A stretch of 64,000 bases of DNA from Escherichia coli 042 (GTDB lineage: Bacteria > Pseudomonadota > Gammaproteobacteria > Enterobacterales > Enterobacteriaceae): the NCBI RefSeq assembly GCF_000027125.1, contig NC_017627.1; one strand, 5' to 3'. Positions 39,779 to 50,971 of this stretch are shown piece after piece. Position numbers and translations under genes: made by a program. The notes below the pieces were generated by a model. That model had not been told where the DNA came from, ran no database searches, and saw only the letters and a list, made by a program, of their open reading frames with translations. The first letter of the stretch is position 1. Each line of letters begins with the position of its first letter.

Positions 39779-40771
39779 TTACAGGAATACACAGTTACGT
39801 TTACGCCACATCAGGTAGCCGAAGTTTTTCTTTGTGTTGGGCGGATTTTTTCCCGTCTCCCAGCGCATCACACTGCGCCCGAACGGATGGCACTGTCCGC
39901 TGTCCGGATACATATTCACCATCTGATAACGCCAGCGTTCTTTGGGCAGGATTGGGGACGGATATTCATTACAGACGGCGTTATTTTTCCCGATGGTTTC
40001 CATAATCATGCCCTGACGGTGCAGCTTGAATGCCATGCGTTCACTGACCAGCAGGGAGGACTGCAACGGACTGGACTCATTACTCACCCAGCCATTGAAC
40101 GGGTACATACTGCCCTGCGAACCGGCACACCAGAACAGAACATCGAGAGGCATATTAAAGGCACTGGCAATGGCATCTGCTGCGCAGGCCCCCTGTGCTA
40201 TCGGATTGGCAAAAATGACGGCTTCCGGGTTGAGAATGGTGGTCAGGCTGCTGTCCGTCCAGGTGGGGTCGATTTCAGAAAGATAAGCGATATCCAGGTC
40301 ACCACCTTCCAGACAGCCCAGCGATGTGATGATGTTCAGCCAGTACGTCAGCGGGTATTTGTACCAGTGAACGTGATAGAACGCCCCGTTCACCTGCTTC
40401 TCATCCTTTTTCGCCGTTCCCTGTGCCGTTTTACCAAAAGCCGGCAGGCTGAAGCCCAGGTTAACCATGCATCCCGGTGATCGGGTGACGTCCGTCAGCG
40501 CCATCGGCTCCCAGTAACCAATGGCCAGCCCGATACGCCTGAACAGCGGCGGCGGTGCCGGACAAATCTGAATGGGCATCGACGGGTTCGCCGTGTCGGG
40601 GACCTTACCCTGACTGACTTTGATACTGCCCAGCGAGAGCGGGAAAATACAGCTCCAGCAGATATCCGTGATCGGGTTTACAAAACGCCCCTCACAGGCA
40701 GAATCCGCAGACGCCGCAGGGACATGACCGGCGAGAAGGAATAACATCAGCAGCCACAGTCTTCGCTTCAT
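39779..40771 (-). CDS. traU: TraU
   Basis: 330 aa; signal peptide; position. Confidence 0.9.
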   Translation of the reverse strand: MKRRLWLLMLFLLAGHVPAASADSACEGRFVNPITDICWSCIFPLSLGSIKVSQGKVPDTANPSMPIQICPAPPPLFRRIGLAIGYWEPMALTDVTRSPGCMVNLGFSLPAFGKTAQGTAKKDEKQVNGAFYHVHWYKYPLTYWLNIITSLGCLEGGDLDIAYLSEIDPTWTDSSLTTILNPEAVIFANPIAQGACAADAIASAFNMPLDVLFWCAGSQGSMYPFNGWVSNESSPLQSSLLVSERMAFKLHRQGMIMETIGKNNAVCNEYPSPILPKERWRYQMVNMYPDSGQCHPFGRSVMRWETGKNPPNTKKNFGYLMWRKRNCVFL

Positions 40772-41400
40772 TTTCTGCCCTCCTCTGCCGAAATAAATTC
40801 CACCTTCAGGAAGCGATCGCCGGGAACGGCGCTCACCCGTGCCGGGACCTGATCAATGCCGAGGCGCTGGCAGAGCACACCGTTCTGGTCAAAGTAAATA
40901 CGGCTGTCCAGCACTTTCTGCATCTCCGGGATACTGCCCTGCACGAGGATAATTTTGCTCTCCAGTGTGGGCGGCGTCTGGCGTTTCATCCAGGCCACCT
41001 GCGCCGGATCATCGCCATTGATGAAATACAGCGTCTGGTTAAAAGGAACATACTGCAGCGGATTCATCACTTCACCCTGACGGGCAAACACCCGCCCTTC
41101 GTTATCCCGGATATCCGCAGCCAGTCTGACGGACGGGTCAAACAACCGGCTGCTGTATTTCTCCGTGCGTCCGATACCGGGCACGGCAGGGGGCCGCAGA
41201 CTGTTGCGGATCACCCGCTCCTTAAAGGCATCCATTTTCCGGCCCATCTCACCGGACTGCTCCAGTGCCGTCAGGCGCTGCATGATCACCGTCAGCATGT
41301 CCGGCTCCTTTACCGGCCACAGATCGCCCCAGGTGCCAAGATCGGCGGCGGCCACACTCTGCCCCCATATCAGCAGGGCAATCAGCCCCCGGCATCTCAT
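40768..41400 (-). CDS. traW: TraW (start placed at the internal Met)
   Basis: MRCRGLIALLIWGQSVAAADLG.. signal peptide; 210 aa from this start. Confidence 0.85.
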   Translation of the reverse strand: MRCRGLIALLIWGQSVAAADLGTWGDLWPVKEPDMLTVIMQRLTALEQSGEMGRKMDAFKERVIRNSLRPPAVPGIGRTEKYSSRLFDPSVRLAADIRDNEGRVFARQGEVMNPLQYVPFNQTLYFINGDDPAQVAWMKRQTPPTLESKIILVQGSIPEMQKVLDSRIYFDQNGVLCQRLGIDQVPARVSAVPGDRFLKVEFISAEEGRK

Positions 41401-41783
41401 GGTTCCGCCCTCATTCGCCGGGCAATATCCTGCTGGATTTCCCGGGTGATATCCGGTGCCCCCTGTACCACGGCAGGCGACACCAGAATGACCGCGTGGT
41501 GTTTCTGCTGCCATGCCTGCAGGCTGGCTTCCAGTGCCGTGTTAAAACGCGCTGAAAGGGCTTTTGACTGTGCTTCTGACAGTTGTTTCTGACTGGCGCT
41601 GTCAAAAAACGCATCCACGGTCTGTTTCATGTTGAAGGCGGCAGTCACCGGTGCGTTCAGTCTGACAATGCCATAACTGATGGCTGCGTTCAGTAACACC
41701 ATTGCCAGGCATCCCGGCACGGTCCACCACCAGTGGCTGCGTCGGGGGGCTGTAACGTCAGTCGTTTTTTGCGTTGTGGTCAT
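41397..41783 (-). CDS. trbI: TrbI
   Basis: 128 aa with one TM segment; overlaps the traC stop. Confidence 0.8.
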   Translation of the reverse strand: MTTTQKTTDVTAPRRSHWWWTVPGCLAMVLLNAAISYGIVRLNAPVTAAFNMKQTVDAFFDSASQKQLSEAQSKALSARFNTALEASLQAWQQKHHAVILVSPAVVQGAPDITREIQQDIARRMRAEP

Positions 41784-44407
41784 GCAACACTCCTGTATTT
41801 CTCATGTTCTTCCAGCCAGGCCTCCAGCGAAGCCATCTCCGGCCCCGATTTCTTCCACGCCAGCTGCCACACCGCCTCATGAATACTCATACCCTCTCTG
41901 CGTTTCTGCTGCACAAACTCAAAATCCGGGCCGTCAGAGCTGTACATGGCACGGCTTAACGGGTCCACAAACAGACGGTGCCAGGAGGAATGGTTTTCCA
42001 CCTGCAGCAGGAAGGAACTGAACCACTGGTCTTTGGCCGCACCAAACTTACCAATCATGTCGCGCTGCAGTGGCAGGAACTGGTCCGGATACAGCTGGTT
42101 GTATTTCGCGAACTCCTTCGCACTCTGTTTGAGGATAATTTTGTAGGAGGAGTTACCCCATGCCGCGCGGGCCGCACTGGAGGCCTTGTCAGAGTCAAAG
42201 TCGACGATGTTCTGTGTGATGGTGATATAGGCACCGGTATGACGGCGGGCGGTACGGTAACCTTTCTCAATAAATTCACCGACCTTGTGATTTTTGAAGT
42301 CCAGCAGACGCCAGCCTTCATCAATGACGTTCAGTTTCTTGAGGTTACGCGGCGTGCGGTACATCCGGTTCTCAATGTAAATGATAAGGCTGAACATCAC
42401 CGCAACCAGCAGGGACGGACGGTCTTCCAGTCCGCCCAGCTCCAGCACCACCATTTTCGCATCATCCCGCAGGGACGGCTCATCGGAGTTGAAATACTGG
42501 CCATAAGTGCCGTTAGCAGTGTACTGGTCAAGCAGCACAATCATTTCGTCCAGACGGCTGCGGATAGTCGGTGACTCTACATACTGGTCGTTATCACGGG
42601 CGTTTTTCAGGAAATCCACCACATCATCGATGCGCGCCTTATTCTTTTTAGCCAGCCAGGAGGCCCTGACCGCCTGCAGCAGCAGACCTTCATGCACTTC
42701 ATCCAGGTTACCGTTGGGGCTGGCCATCACCGACAACTGGTCGCGGACACGCTCCGCTGACTGGTCAATATCGGTGATGTTCGCAAACGGGTTAAAACGC
42801 AGGGTTTCACCGTCCAGATATACGCCCCCCATGTTCTCACACAGGGACTTGTAGCCATCCCCCATGTCGAACACCACGGCAAAGCCCCCGGAGTCCAGCA
42901 CGCTGCGGATAAGTGGCTGTATCAGCCCGGTTTTACCGGCCCCGGAGGTGCCACAGACCGCCATGTTGTAGTTGGTGTTATTCATCCCCCGGAAGAAAAT
43001 ATCGATAAACGCCAGCTGATTACGGTAGGTGGGTGCCAGCAGACCTGCCGGTGTCAGGGGGTTATCCGCCACTAACGGCATCAGGTTGGCCACATTAAAG
43101 CTCTCTGCGCGCTGTACCACTCCGGCCTCTTTCAGCTGTTTAAACAACCCTTTCCCGGCCATAAAGGGCAGGCAGGTCAGGAAATTGCGCATGTGGTTAA
43201 AGCGCGGTGAAATCAGCTCAAAACCGTTTTTACGGAAGCTGTTCAGGATGTCCTGCTCCACTTCCAGCGCCGTTTCATTATTGTCCTTGCAGAATGCTGT
43301 GATGTTGAGGAAGTAGGACACGACAGAGGACTGACCGGAGCCCAGCCGCTGACGCAGTTCCCCCCACTCCTTCGCCTCTTTCTCCACGGACGGAAACCAT
43401 TTGGCATAGGAGGTCTTCGACTTTTTCTCCAGGTCCATGTACTTCAGGTTGGCTTCGCTGTGAGTTTTCACCTGGTCTTCCACCACCAGAGTCAGCGTCA
43501 GGATGAACGGACAGGAGATGGACAGTTCCGGGTTCAGCAGGTTGCTGTAGTTGTCGGCCATGTTCCACAGGAAGGCGATTTCCGGGTTACGGGCCAGATG
43601 GAAATTCAGGATGCGGGCCGTGCTGTTCCTGCCGTTCTCACGCAGGCCCAGCGTCAGGTAATCCGCCCGGACTTTCAGGTCAAAACTGTCCTCCACACAC
43701 TGATAATTCAGATCAGAATACGGGTCCAGCTGACGTCTTTTCGGATACAGGGAGTCCGGGTTATGGTTAATCATCTCCCCGACAATATCGATAAAGGCCT
43801 GTGCATCCACCGCCTGTGTGGTGATACTGGCCCCCTGTAACGACGCCCGGATGATTTTCACCAGGTTTTCCATTTCCAGAATGTCAGCCCGGCTTTTTTT
43901 CTTCGAGGGAGAACAGTACGAGAAGAATACCCGGTAATGGCGCAGGGTCAGGGGCAGATTCATCCCCTCCGGCAGCGGAAACTGTGTCGCTGCCGCGTTC
44001 ATATAATAGGCACGGGTAATGGCGTTAAACCGTTCAGCCTGTTCACCGGACCAGGAGAACTCACGCAGCCCGTATTCAATTCTGTCACCAACAAGCTGAC
44101 TGGACATCAGATGGATGCAGAACGGCACTCCGCGCGGCAGTTTGGTGCGCAGCATGTGGTCGAGCGCCTCCACAATGGACTCATTCGCCCCATTGATGGG
44201 AATGGCTTCCAGCATAAAGCCCATCGTGGTGTCATTCATGAACAGACCGGATTCCTGGTTATAATCACGGTACGGCAGCAGACGGCTGAACTGCGGGAAG
44301 CTCATTTCGCCCAGAACTTCATTGGCCTTTGCGGATTCGTCAGGCAGTTTCAGTGCTGTGACGAGGGAGTTAACCGCCTGAGTGACGGCCTCAAGTGGGT
44401 TATTCAC
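41780..44407 (-). CDS. traC: VirB4-type ATPase TraC
   Basis: 875 aa; Walker A ..GTSGAGKTG.. Confidence 0.95.
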   Translation of the reverse strand: MNNPLEAVTQAVNSLVTALKLPDESAKANEVLGEMSFPQFSRLLPYRDYNQESGLFMNDTTMGFMLEAIPINGANESIVEALDHMLRTKLPRGVPFCIHLMSSQLVGDRIEYGLREFSWSGEQAERFNAITRAYYMNAAATQFPLPEGMNLPLTLRHYRVFFSYCSPSKKKSRADILEMENLVKIIRASLQGASITTQAVDAQAFIDIVGEMINHNPDSLYPKRRQLDPYSDLNYQCVEDSFDLKVRADYLTLGLRENGRNSTARILNFHLARNPEIAFLWNMADNYSNLLNPELSISCPFILTLTLVVEDQVKTHSEANLKYMDLEKKSKTSYAKWFPSVEKEAKEWGELRQRLGSGQSSVVSYFLNITAFCKDNNETALEVEQDILNSFRKNGFELISPRFNHMRNFLTCLPFMAGKGLFKQLKEAGVVQRAESFNVANLMPLVADNPLTPAGLLAPTYRNQLAFIDIFFRGMNNTNYNMAVCGTSGAGKTGLIQPLIRSVLDSGGFAVVFDMGDGYKSLCENMGGVYLDGETLRFNPFANITDIDQSAERVRDQLSVMASPNGNLDEVHEGLLLQAVRASWLAKKNKARIDDVVDFLKNARDNDQYVESPTIRSRLDEMIVLLDQYTANGTYGQYFNSDEPSLRDDAKMVVLELGGLEDRPSLLVAVMFSLIIYIENRMYRTPRNLKKLNVIDEGWRLLDFKNHKVGEFIEKGYRTARRHTGAYITITQNIVDFDSDKASSAARAAWGNSSYKIILKQSAKEFAKYNQLYPDQFLPLQRDMIGKFGAAKDQWFSSFLLQVENHSSWHRLFVDPLSRAMYSSDGPDFEFVQQKRREGMSIHEAVWQLAWKKSGPEMASLEAWLEEHEKYRSVA

Positions 44408-44566
44408 ATGAATTCCTTAGTTGAAAAATAAAGCGAGAAATGCGGTAGCCATGAAGGGAATACCTGTAATTAACGCGCCATTTCCCGGCGCATATACAAA
44501 GATTTCGGTTTTCTGAATATCAACTCATGTTCATCCGGAATTAAATCAATATGTTCTGCGACTGAC

Positions 44567-44788
44567 TTATGCATAATGTTTTCTCTGCTTTTCCTGATAC
44601 GCCTGACATTCAACGCACAACGTCACACCGGGAAATATTTTCCGCCGGGCTTCCGGAATAGGATTTCCGCATGCTTCACAGAGATAAACAGGAATACCAT
44701 GAGCATTTATTTTCTGGCGTATCCGGTTTATTCCTGTCATGGTCAGTTGTTCTGTTACTGAATATGCTTCATCGACTTCATCACTCAC
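44567..44788 (-). CDS. traR: TraR (DksA/TraR C4 zinc finger)
   Basis: 73 aa with CEACGNPIPEARRK...CVEC. Confidence 0.9.
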   Translation of the reverse strand: MSDEVDEAYSVTEQLTMTGINRIRQKINAHGIPVYLCEACGNPIPEARRKIFPGVTLCVECQAYQEKQRKHYA

Positions 44789-44922
44789 GGAATATTCCTC
44801 CCGACATGTTCTGACACGCTACCGCCCATCCCTTTTCACGCACAGGGCACTCGTTTTACAGGCAGATTTTGAATACAGAAAGCCCGCCGGCATTGCCGGC
44901 TGATATACAACTTCAGGGCCAG

Positions 44923-45438
44923 TTAATTAATACGTGGTTTTCCCCACGCAGACGGTTTAATAACAAAAAACACACTGGATGGCTGATGATAAACATCCTG
45001 ATTATCAATATAAGGCGCTATCCATAATGCAGCCGTCTGCTCACCCGTTCTTAGCGGGCGGGGAGGTGTTACCGGCGCAACTGAACTGACCGGAACAATC
45101 GTTTTCACTTCCCGGGCAGCCGTAAACAACGGACGTGGTGCCAGCAGTTTCTGCTCCGGAAGTGCCGTCACCGCAGGTCTGCTGCCGGACGGAGTGGTCG
45201 CGGTGACGGTCTGCACCGGCATTGTCCGGAAGTTCCCTTCAGCCAGGCGCGGCAGTGATGCCGCAACCGGCTTTGCTTCTGAGGACTGCTCCAGTTTTTT
45301 GGCCTTCTCATTGGCCTGCTCCATCGTCATACAGGTATCGGATGTGGTGGCGTTACACTCAAATTCCGTATTTGTTCCTGCGCAGCCGGAAAGTAATAAG
45401 GTTCCCAGCAGAGGAATAAATAAAGAAATCTGTTTCAT
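44923..45438 (-). CDS. traV: lipoprotein TraV
   Basis: 171 aa; lipobox LLSGCAG. Confidence 0.9.
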   Translation of the reverse strand: MKQISLFIPLLGTLLLSGCAGTNTEFECNATTSDTCMTMEQANEKAKKLEQSSEAKPVAASLPRLAEGNFRTMPVQTVTATTPSGSRPAVTALPEQKLLAPRPLFTAAREVKTIVPVSSVAPVTPPRPLRTGEQTAALWIAPYIDNQDVYHQPSSVFFVIKPSAWGKPRIN

Positions 45439-45745
45439 TGCCCTTCTCCTTTTTTATTACTCCCCACAACAGCAGAAATTAACTCTGCTGTCAGATTTGT
45501 TTTTCCTGCACAGGGTTGTCCGGAGACTACTGTATTTCCCGGAGAAGAAAATAAGCTCATCGATATACCCTTCTTCATCACACCGACAGCTGCCATATTA
45601 AAATTGTGCGGCAATGATTCAGAACTGAACAGCTTCGGAGCAGGAAGAACTATTTTTGTGGTGCAGTTACTGAGAACAGCATTCATAAAATCATCTGATA
45701 CGCTTTTATCCGGTACAGAGCGTGCAGTAATAATATTAATATTAC
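45435..45745 (-). CDS. small tra ORF(s) in the trbD/trbG position
   Basis: Frame between traP and traV; exact starts and the two-gene split unresolved. Confidence 0.4.
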
Positions 45746-46323
45746 GCATGTTCATTTTTATCTCCGTTGTTTCTGTTTGCCCTGTCATCAGGGAAATAAA
45801 CATGGCATTTCCTGATTTTTTCCGACAGAGAAGTGTCTTCTGCAAGAACTTCCTTCAGACGCTCATCTGCTGTTGCCACACGGACACATTTCATTTTTCC
45901 GGGTCGCACCGGATATTTCCCGGCGCCTGCCGCAAACGACATATACATAAGTGCCAGCGTTGCCCAGAATGCGGTGACCAGTTGCATCAGTGACCGGTCA
46001 GTCTCCCTGACATAATCTGCAGCATCAGCAGCACGGTAACGGCAGATTTTCTCTTCTGCTCCTGGAAGATCATGCAGAGAAGGCAAACATTCTCTTACAG
46101 GAAACTGCCCGGCAGGGGCTGTTTGTCTTACGAAGTCAATTTCCTGAACCAGTAATTTTCCTGGTGTGGTGTTGTCCTTCCATAAAACAAACAGAGCCAT
46201 CAGGGCCATTGTGGCCAGCGGCCAGATAACCACAAACCTGACGACCCACAGCAGCCAGCGAACGACAAACGCCACACGGAATGTCAGTGCATCACCCGCC
46301 ATTTCCGCCCTCCTTGCCGGCAT
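45742..46323 (-). CDS. traP: TraP
   Basis: 193-aa membrane protein; position. Confidence 0.8.
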   Translation of the reverse strand: MPARRAEMAGDALTFRVAFVVRWLLWVVRFVVIWPLATMALMALFVLWKDNTTPGKLLVQEIDFVRQTAPAGQFPVRECLPSLHDLPGAEEKICRYRAADAADYVRETDRSLMQLVTAFWATLALMYMSFAAGAGKYPVRPGKMKCVRVATADERLKEVLAEDTSLSEKIRKCHVYFPDDRANRNNGDKNEHA

Positions 46324-47743
46324 CCCCGCCCTGCGGGTTCTTGTCTCCGGACATAAACTGCTGCGGATTCAGATTGCCCAGCTGCTTCAGCATCTGGTCG
46401 GTGTTAAAACCGTTCAGGTGGCTTTCTGCCGAGGGAGGATTCGGCACAGGGCTTTCCGGGTTACCCTCTTCCGCTGTACTCTGTGACTGCTCCAGCGCCA
46501 TTTCCTCCACGGTTTTCAGCTGGAAGCCGTCCTGGAACACCACGGTCACTTCGTTGCCCGCACCAATCGGTATCACCGGGTGATACTGTTCGGCACGTTT
46601 GATGTAGTAGTCACTGAGCGTCTGTGCGGCTTTCGATGCGCCGCCACCGATACCCATTTTAAGGACATCGCCGGCCCCGTAAGCGGCTGTGGCACCCAGC
46701 CCGACAGCCGGCTGGGAGGCGCGCTCCATTCCCTGACCGATACCGTCAACAAATCCCGCGCCCCATGCCCAGCCGAGGATTTTGCCGTTACGCATCACCA
46801 CTTCGCCCTTGATACCGTTTTTACCCCGGAAGCTGACATGCCCCTTAATCGGCATATCAATGGTTTTGCCATTCTTCAGGCAGCTGATATTACGGGTGCG
46901 AACAATAGCACGTTCACTGGAGACATCCCCCCAGGCTTCCAGCCCCACAAAACATCCCGTTGCGTCATACGTCTTGCTGTTCGGCATTTCCACCAGACCG
47001 GTGATACGCAACTGCATCGGCACCGTGGATTCATTACCGGTGACTGAGGCATTGGCATCCGCCCCTTCAATCAGCATGGCTTTCGCAAAACTTCCTGACG
47101 GAATGTACGGCAGCGATGGTCCCTGTTTTCCCTCATTACGGGTAAACACCTTACGCTGTATCCGGTTAGGCACCGGCACAGACTGGTACGTCACCTGTGG
47201 TGGTGGCGTGACACCATTCCCGGGATAAAACGCCGTCGGCGGTGGAACAGCAACGCTGCCCTGCGGCGGGAAGGATACGGGGGTGTTTCCTGGCTGTGGT
47301 TCGCCTTCCGGCCCGGGCGGTGAGGCTGGCGTCTGCGGTACAGGCTCACCGGTCGCGGTGACGGGATTTGCACCCAGGGCTTTTACCTGCTCTGCCAGGG
47401 CAGCATTATCCTGTCCCAGCTTTTCAATACGACGCTGGTCATCACCGCGCTGTTTGTTCAGGACATCCAGTTCACGACGGATTTCCTCATACTGCTTCTG
47501 CATCTGCGCTGCCGTCACCTGCATCTCTGTGGTGGCATGCTGACGCACCTTGTCATCAAAGGTCGTATCCACCACACCGGTCATATCCGGCACAGGCTCC
47601 TGTTCAGCCACCGCCTCACCGTTACCGGACATGTCCACATCAGACAGATACAGTGCACCACCAATCGCGGATGCTGCACCGACAACCACAATCCCCAGCC
47701 ACAGGTACTGCTTGCGTTTCACAATGGTATTGATACTGGCCAT
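46292..47743 (-). CDS. traB: TraB (VirB10-like)
   Basis: 483 aa; N-terminal TM, Pro-rich linker, C-terminal domain. Confidence 0.9.
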   Translation of the reverse strand: MASINTIVKRKQYLWLGIVVVGAASAIGGALYLSDVDMSGNGEAVAEQEPVPDMTGVVDTTFDDKVRQHATTEMQVTAAQMQKQYEEIRRELDVLNKQRGDDQRRIEKLGQDNAALAEQVKALGANPVTATGEPVPQTPASPPGPEGEPQPGNTPVSFPPQGSVAVPPPTAFYPGNGVTPPPQVTYQSVPVPNRIQRKVFTRNEGKQGPSLPYIPSGSFAKAMLIEGADANASVTGNESTVPMQLRITGLVEMPNSKTYDATGCFVGLEAWGDVSSERAIVRTRNISCLKNGKTIDMPIKGHVSFRGKNGIKGEVVMRNGKILGWAWGAGFVDGIGQGMERASQPAVGLGATAAYGAGDVLKMGIGGGASKAAQTLSDYYIKRAEQYHPVIPIGAGNEVTVVFQDGFQLKTVEEMALEQSQSTAEEGNPESPVPNPPSAESHLNGFNTDQMLKQLGNLNPQQFMSGDKNPQGGDAGKEGGNGG

Positions 47744-48471
47744 CAGTTGCCCTCCCCGTCACGGATGACATACACATCCATGCGCGCACCTGCCAGTAAC
47801 TGGCTGGCAGGCTGGCTGAACATCACGGCACGGGTTCCCGGCTGCCAGAAATCACTTTCCCGGATATTCAGGGCAGACAGCGTTTTATTTTCCACGGCAA
47901 AGCGGACCATCTTCAGGTGATTCCCCGTCCATACGGCATCTGCCACTGAAGACAGCCCCGCCGGGGCCTGCAGGGTTTCCTTTGTCACAGGAACCTGATA
48001 CCAGCCTGCAGGTAATTTTCCGCCACGGACAGCCTGGCTGATGGTCACAAGCAGGGATTCGTAAGGCGTGGACGTTTCCCACGCACCGGCTTCTTCTCCG
48101 GTTCCGCGCAGGTCACTGACCAGCTGAATGGTACGCCCCGCGCCTTCACGGGGAACGGCCTGAATGGAAAGATTCAGACCACGTTCTGTTTCCAGAATGA
48201 ACGTAAAGGGCTTTTTGTTGACGGTGGCAACCACCACACCGCCGGAGGCGGTCTGCTCATTATTGGTCAGGGCACCATCCAGACTGTTCACGGCGATAAT
48301 CCGGTCACCGGGAACGGTAAACAGATTCGGGCTGGTATTGCTGATGGCAATACTGGCCTGACCACCGTTCACCATTGGCACCACGGTGGGGGACAGCGTA
48401 CCGTTTGCGGCCATCACGCTGCAGGAAAAAAACAGGCTGCCGAATATTATTGCCGTATTATTTTTTCTCAT
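47743..48471 (-). CDS. traK: TraK (secretin-like)
   Basis: 242 aa; signal peptide; position. Confidence 0.9.
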   Translation of the reverse strand: MRKNNTAIIFGSLFFSCSVMAANGTLSPTVVPMVNGGQASIAISNTSPNLFTVPGDRIIAVNSLDGALTNNEQTASGGVVVATVNKKPFTFILETERGLNLSIQAVPREGAGRTIQLVSDLRGTGEEAGAWETSTPYESLLVTISQAVRGGKLPAGWYQVPVTKETLQAPAGLSSVADAVWTGNHLKMVRFAVENKTLSALNIRESDFWQPGTRAVMFSQPASQLLAGARMDVYVIRDGEGN

Positions 48472-49024
48472 CGTCTGTTTCCCCGAAATTATCCAGCCAG
48501 GTCACCCCGTTTTCCCGCTTCAGAATAAGGATGTAATGTTTGATATCAGTGAAAGGTTTTGAATCACCAATCCAGGTTTTAAGCACACCACGAATTTCCA
48601 CACGGCCATACTGAGGCCAGACACGAACACTGGTCTGGAAAAAGGCTGAGTTCACGTTATCGTTTTTAATACGCTTCGCTTCTTCAGCCAGAATAACTTT
48701 CATCTGGTTCTGTGCGCCCGGGCGGATATATTGCAGAAGCGCCTGATGTGAGGCATCGACGGTTTCTGATGAAACATTCAGACGGAGGGCAATAAATGAC
48801 AGCGCCATCTGCTGTAAATAAGAGGCGTCGGCACTGTTCTGTGACACGGCAAAGGGCACATTAAATCCCATTGGGGTCACGGCAGTGCGTTGCTCATTCT
48901 GAAGACGGTAGTTATTCACCCCCTGAATGACGTTAACAGAGAGGCTGAGAACAATAAGCACTGACATAAATATAAAGGCGATGGCCATTACACGACTGGT
49001 ACTTAAACGGGCACCGTGTTCCAT
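48458..49024 (-). CDS. traE: TraE
   Basis: 188 aa; N-terminal TM; position. Confidence 0.9.
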   Translation of the reverse strand: MEHGARLSTSRVMAIAFIFMSVLIVLSLSVNVIQGVNNYRLQNEQRTAVTPMGFNVPFAVSQNSADASYLQQMALSFIALRLNVSSETVDASHQALLQYIRPGAQNQMKVILAEEAKRIKNDNVNSAFFQTSVRVWPQYGRVEIRGVLKTWIGDSKPFTDIKHYILILKRENGVTWLDNFGETDDEKK

Positions 49025-49045
49025 ATAACAATCCTGGTATCAGTT

Positions 49046-49357
49046 CTATTTAATCCACTGCCGGAAACACGAATCGGGAACATTATGAAAAATACCGCGC
49101 AGCAGGGCTGTTGGCATATACCAGTAAATCAGGTCACGTAACCAGGAACTGCCCCGCCCTTTTTTCAGTTTTTTAATCCCGAAATAAACCAGAACCGCTG
49201 CACCAATACCGAACAGATATTTTGATGTTGTGATACCCCAGCCAATACAGACTGCTGCGGGGATCAGTTCATCCAGTGGCAGGCCAAACCAGCGGCTCTG
49301 GTTGGTCAGTGTTTCCGGGAAACGATATTTCTTAAGTTTATTCTCGTCTCCCGACAT
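49046..49357 (-). CDS. traL: TraL
   Basis: 103-aa membrane protein; position. Confidence 0.85.
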   Translation of the reverse strand: MSGDENKLKKYRFPETLTNQSRWFGLPLDELIPAAVCIGWGITTSKYLFGIGAAVLVYFGIKKLKKGRGSSWLRDLIYWYMPTALLRGIFHNVPDSCFRQWIK

Positions 49358-49371
49358 CGTTTTATTTCCTG

Positions 49372-49737
49372 TCAGAGGCCAACGACGGCCATACCCACAG
49401 CAATAAATACAGAGATGATGGCAAAACCGGCCAGGAACTTGACGTTTTTGGTCATCATGTACATGACCGCACCGACCAGAACTTCAGCCAGAACAACCCA
49501 TTTAACAACACTGGAGTCCTTACCGAAGGTCGCCTTAACCGTGGAGTTACCACTCTGCATCAGGTCCTGACCTGCCCCCTGGGCGGCCATTGCCAGTTGC
49601 GGGAAGAACATCATCAGAACAGCAGCAGGGATCACAGCGCGAACCAGGCGAAGCATATTCAGACGAGTGAATTTAGAAAAAAACGATTTCTTTTCAACGG
49701 GCGCAGAAGCACCCTGAACACTTAAAACAGTATTCAT
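49372..49737 (-). CDS. traA: F-type propilin TraA
   Basis: 121-aa propilin with long leader and C-terminal ..[25 protein letters not shown]. Confidence 0.95.
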   Translation of the reverse strand: MNTVLSVQGASAPVEKKSFFSKFTRLNMLRLVRAVIPAAVLMMFFPQLAMAAQGAGQDLMQSGNSTVKATFGKDSSVVKWVVLAEVLVGAVMYMMTKNVKFLAGFAIISVFIAVGMAVVGL

Positions 49738-49770
49738 ATGATTCCTCTGTTTAATATTGATAGATAAAAA

Positions 49771-49998
49771 CTAAAGTTCTTTAAATGTTGACTCGTTCTC
49801 TTCGATCACCTCCCTGAATATTTCTTCATTATAGAAATCAGGAAACCGTTTCAGATGATCTCTGAGACGGATCTGAACCTCTATAGTTTTACTTCTACCG
49901 CTACGATCTTTGGCCCGAATAAGTTGGTTATTTGTATCTTCATCGAGATACACTGAGACTGTTCTGCTTATCCCGCCTCTCGCGTTACGCCTCCTCAC
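49771..49998 (-). CDS. traY: TraY (RHH oriT-binding protein)
   Basis: 75-aa basic protein; position. Confidence 0.9.
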   Translation of the reverse strand: MRRRNARGGISRTVSVYLDEDTNNQLIRAKDRSGRSKTIEVQIRLRDHLKRFPDFYNEEIFREVIEENESTFKEL

Positions 49999-50091
49999 TC
50001 AATTCACCTCTGTTTCCCGACTAATAAAATCATGATTGCACAGAAACCGACAAAAAAAAACACACCAAAATTGGCGTGCCTTATTTAACAT

Positions 50092-50838
50092 TTACTTAAC
50101 ACCATAAAATTCACGAATTATACTTAATAGCGAATCTATTTCTCCTTTATAGATACATGACACTCTGAATAAATCAAAGTGTTCAAAAAATTCTTTTATT
50201 TTCCGTTTAACTGGTTTAATTCGATCCTCAGATGCTCTGTCTGTAATACCCAACTCTCTGGCAATTGTTGCGTGACCAACACCCAGCATATAAAAAGAGA
50301 AAACAACCAATGTCCCTGGAGAAAGATCATTCCATATCGTTAATTTATCAGAAGTATTTGTATTACTTCCACTCTGATTTAACGCAAAAAATGGATAATC
50401 AGGAAACGGATTAATTTGCCATAAAACAACAGATTCGTCATTATAAAAAGAAACATTCTCCATCCTTATCTGATAGATTTCGCCATGAAAATTAAAACGA
50501 CGACAAAATGCAGAGCCATGTCCAAGAGCCTGGCATTCCAGTTCAAGTGATGAAAGAAAAATTTCAACCTGCAGACGTATATAACTCTCTCCGGATAAGG
50601 GTTTATCTTCTCTGGAAAAGAGTTCAATAAAAGCCCCATTGGCATAAAGGATTTTCCGGTTTTTGTTACGGACACAAACCGGAACGGGAGAATTTCTGTA
50701 GATATTCTGAACGTTAAGGATGTATTTATTTACAGATTGACTGTTAAGTGGCCTTTCTCTACGATCCAGCGCACACATAGGAACCTCCGTTAAGGATTCT
50801 ATGGACAGTCGATGCAGGGAGGTCTGAACTCCCTGCAT
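50092..50838 (-). CDS. traJ: tra operon activator TraJ
   Basis: ORF between traY and traM; start codon lies within a perfect 11-bp hairpin (50811-50839). Alternative start at 50778. Confidence 0.8.
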
Positions 50839-50890
50839 CGGCGATTTTCAGTTTCAATTTTTAACGTGGCATTAACCACGTAATTAATAT
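50800..50890 (+). ncRNA. finP: probable FinP antisense RNA region (antisense to the traJ leader and start)
   Basis: Hairpin GATGCAGGGAG-GTCTGAA-CTCCCTGCATC covering the traJ ATG, followed by a T-rich tract. Ends not determinable. Confidence 0.4.
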
Positions 50891-50971
50891 AACCTTTATG
50901 CGGTTAATTGTCATCAAATTGAACCAGATCAAAATCCTGTTATTTGAAGCAAATCAACTTTTAATTCTTTT

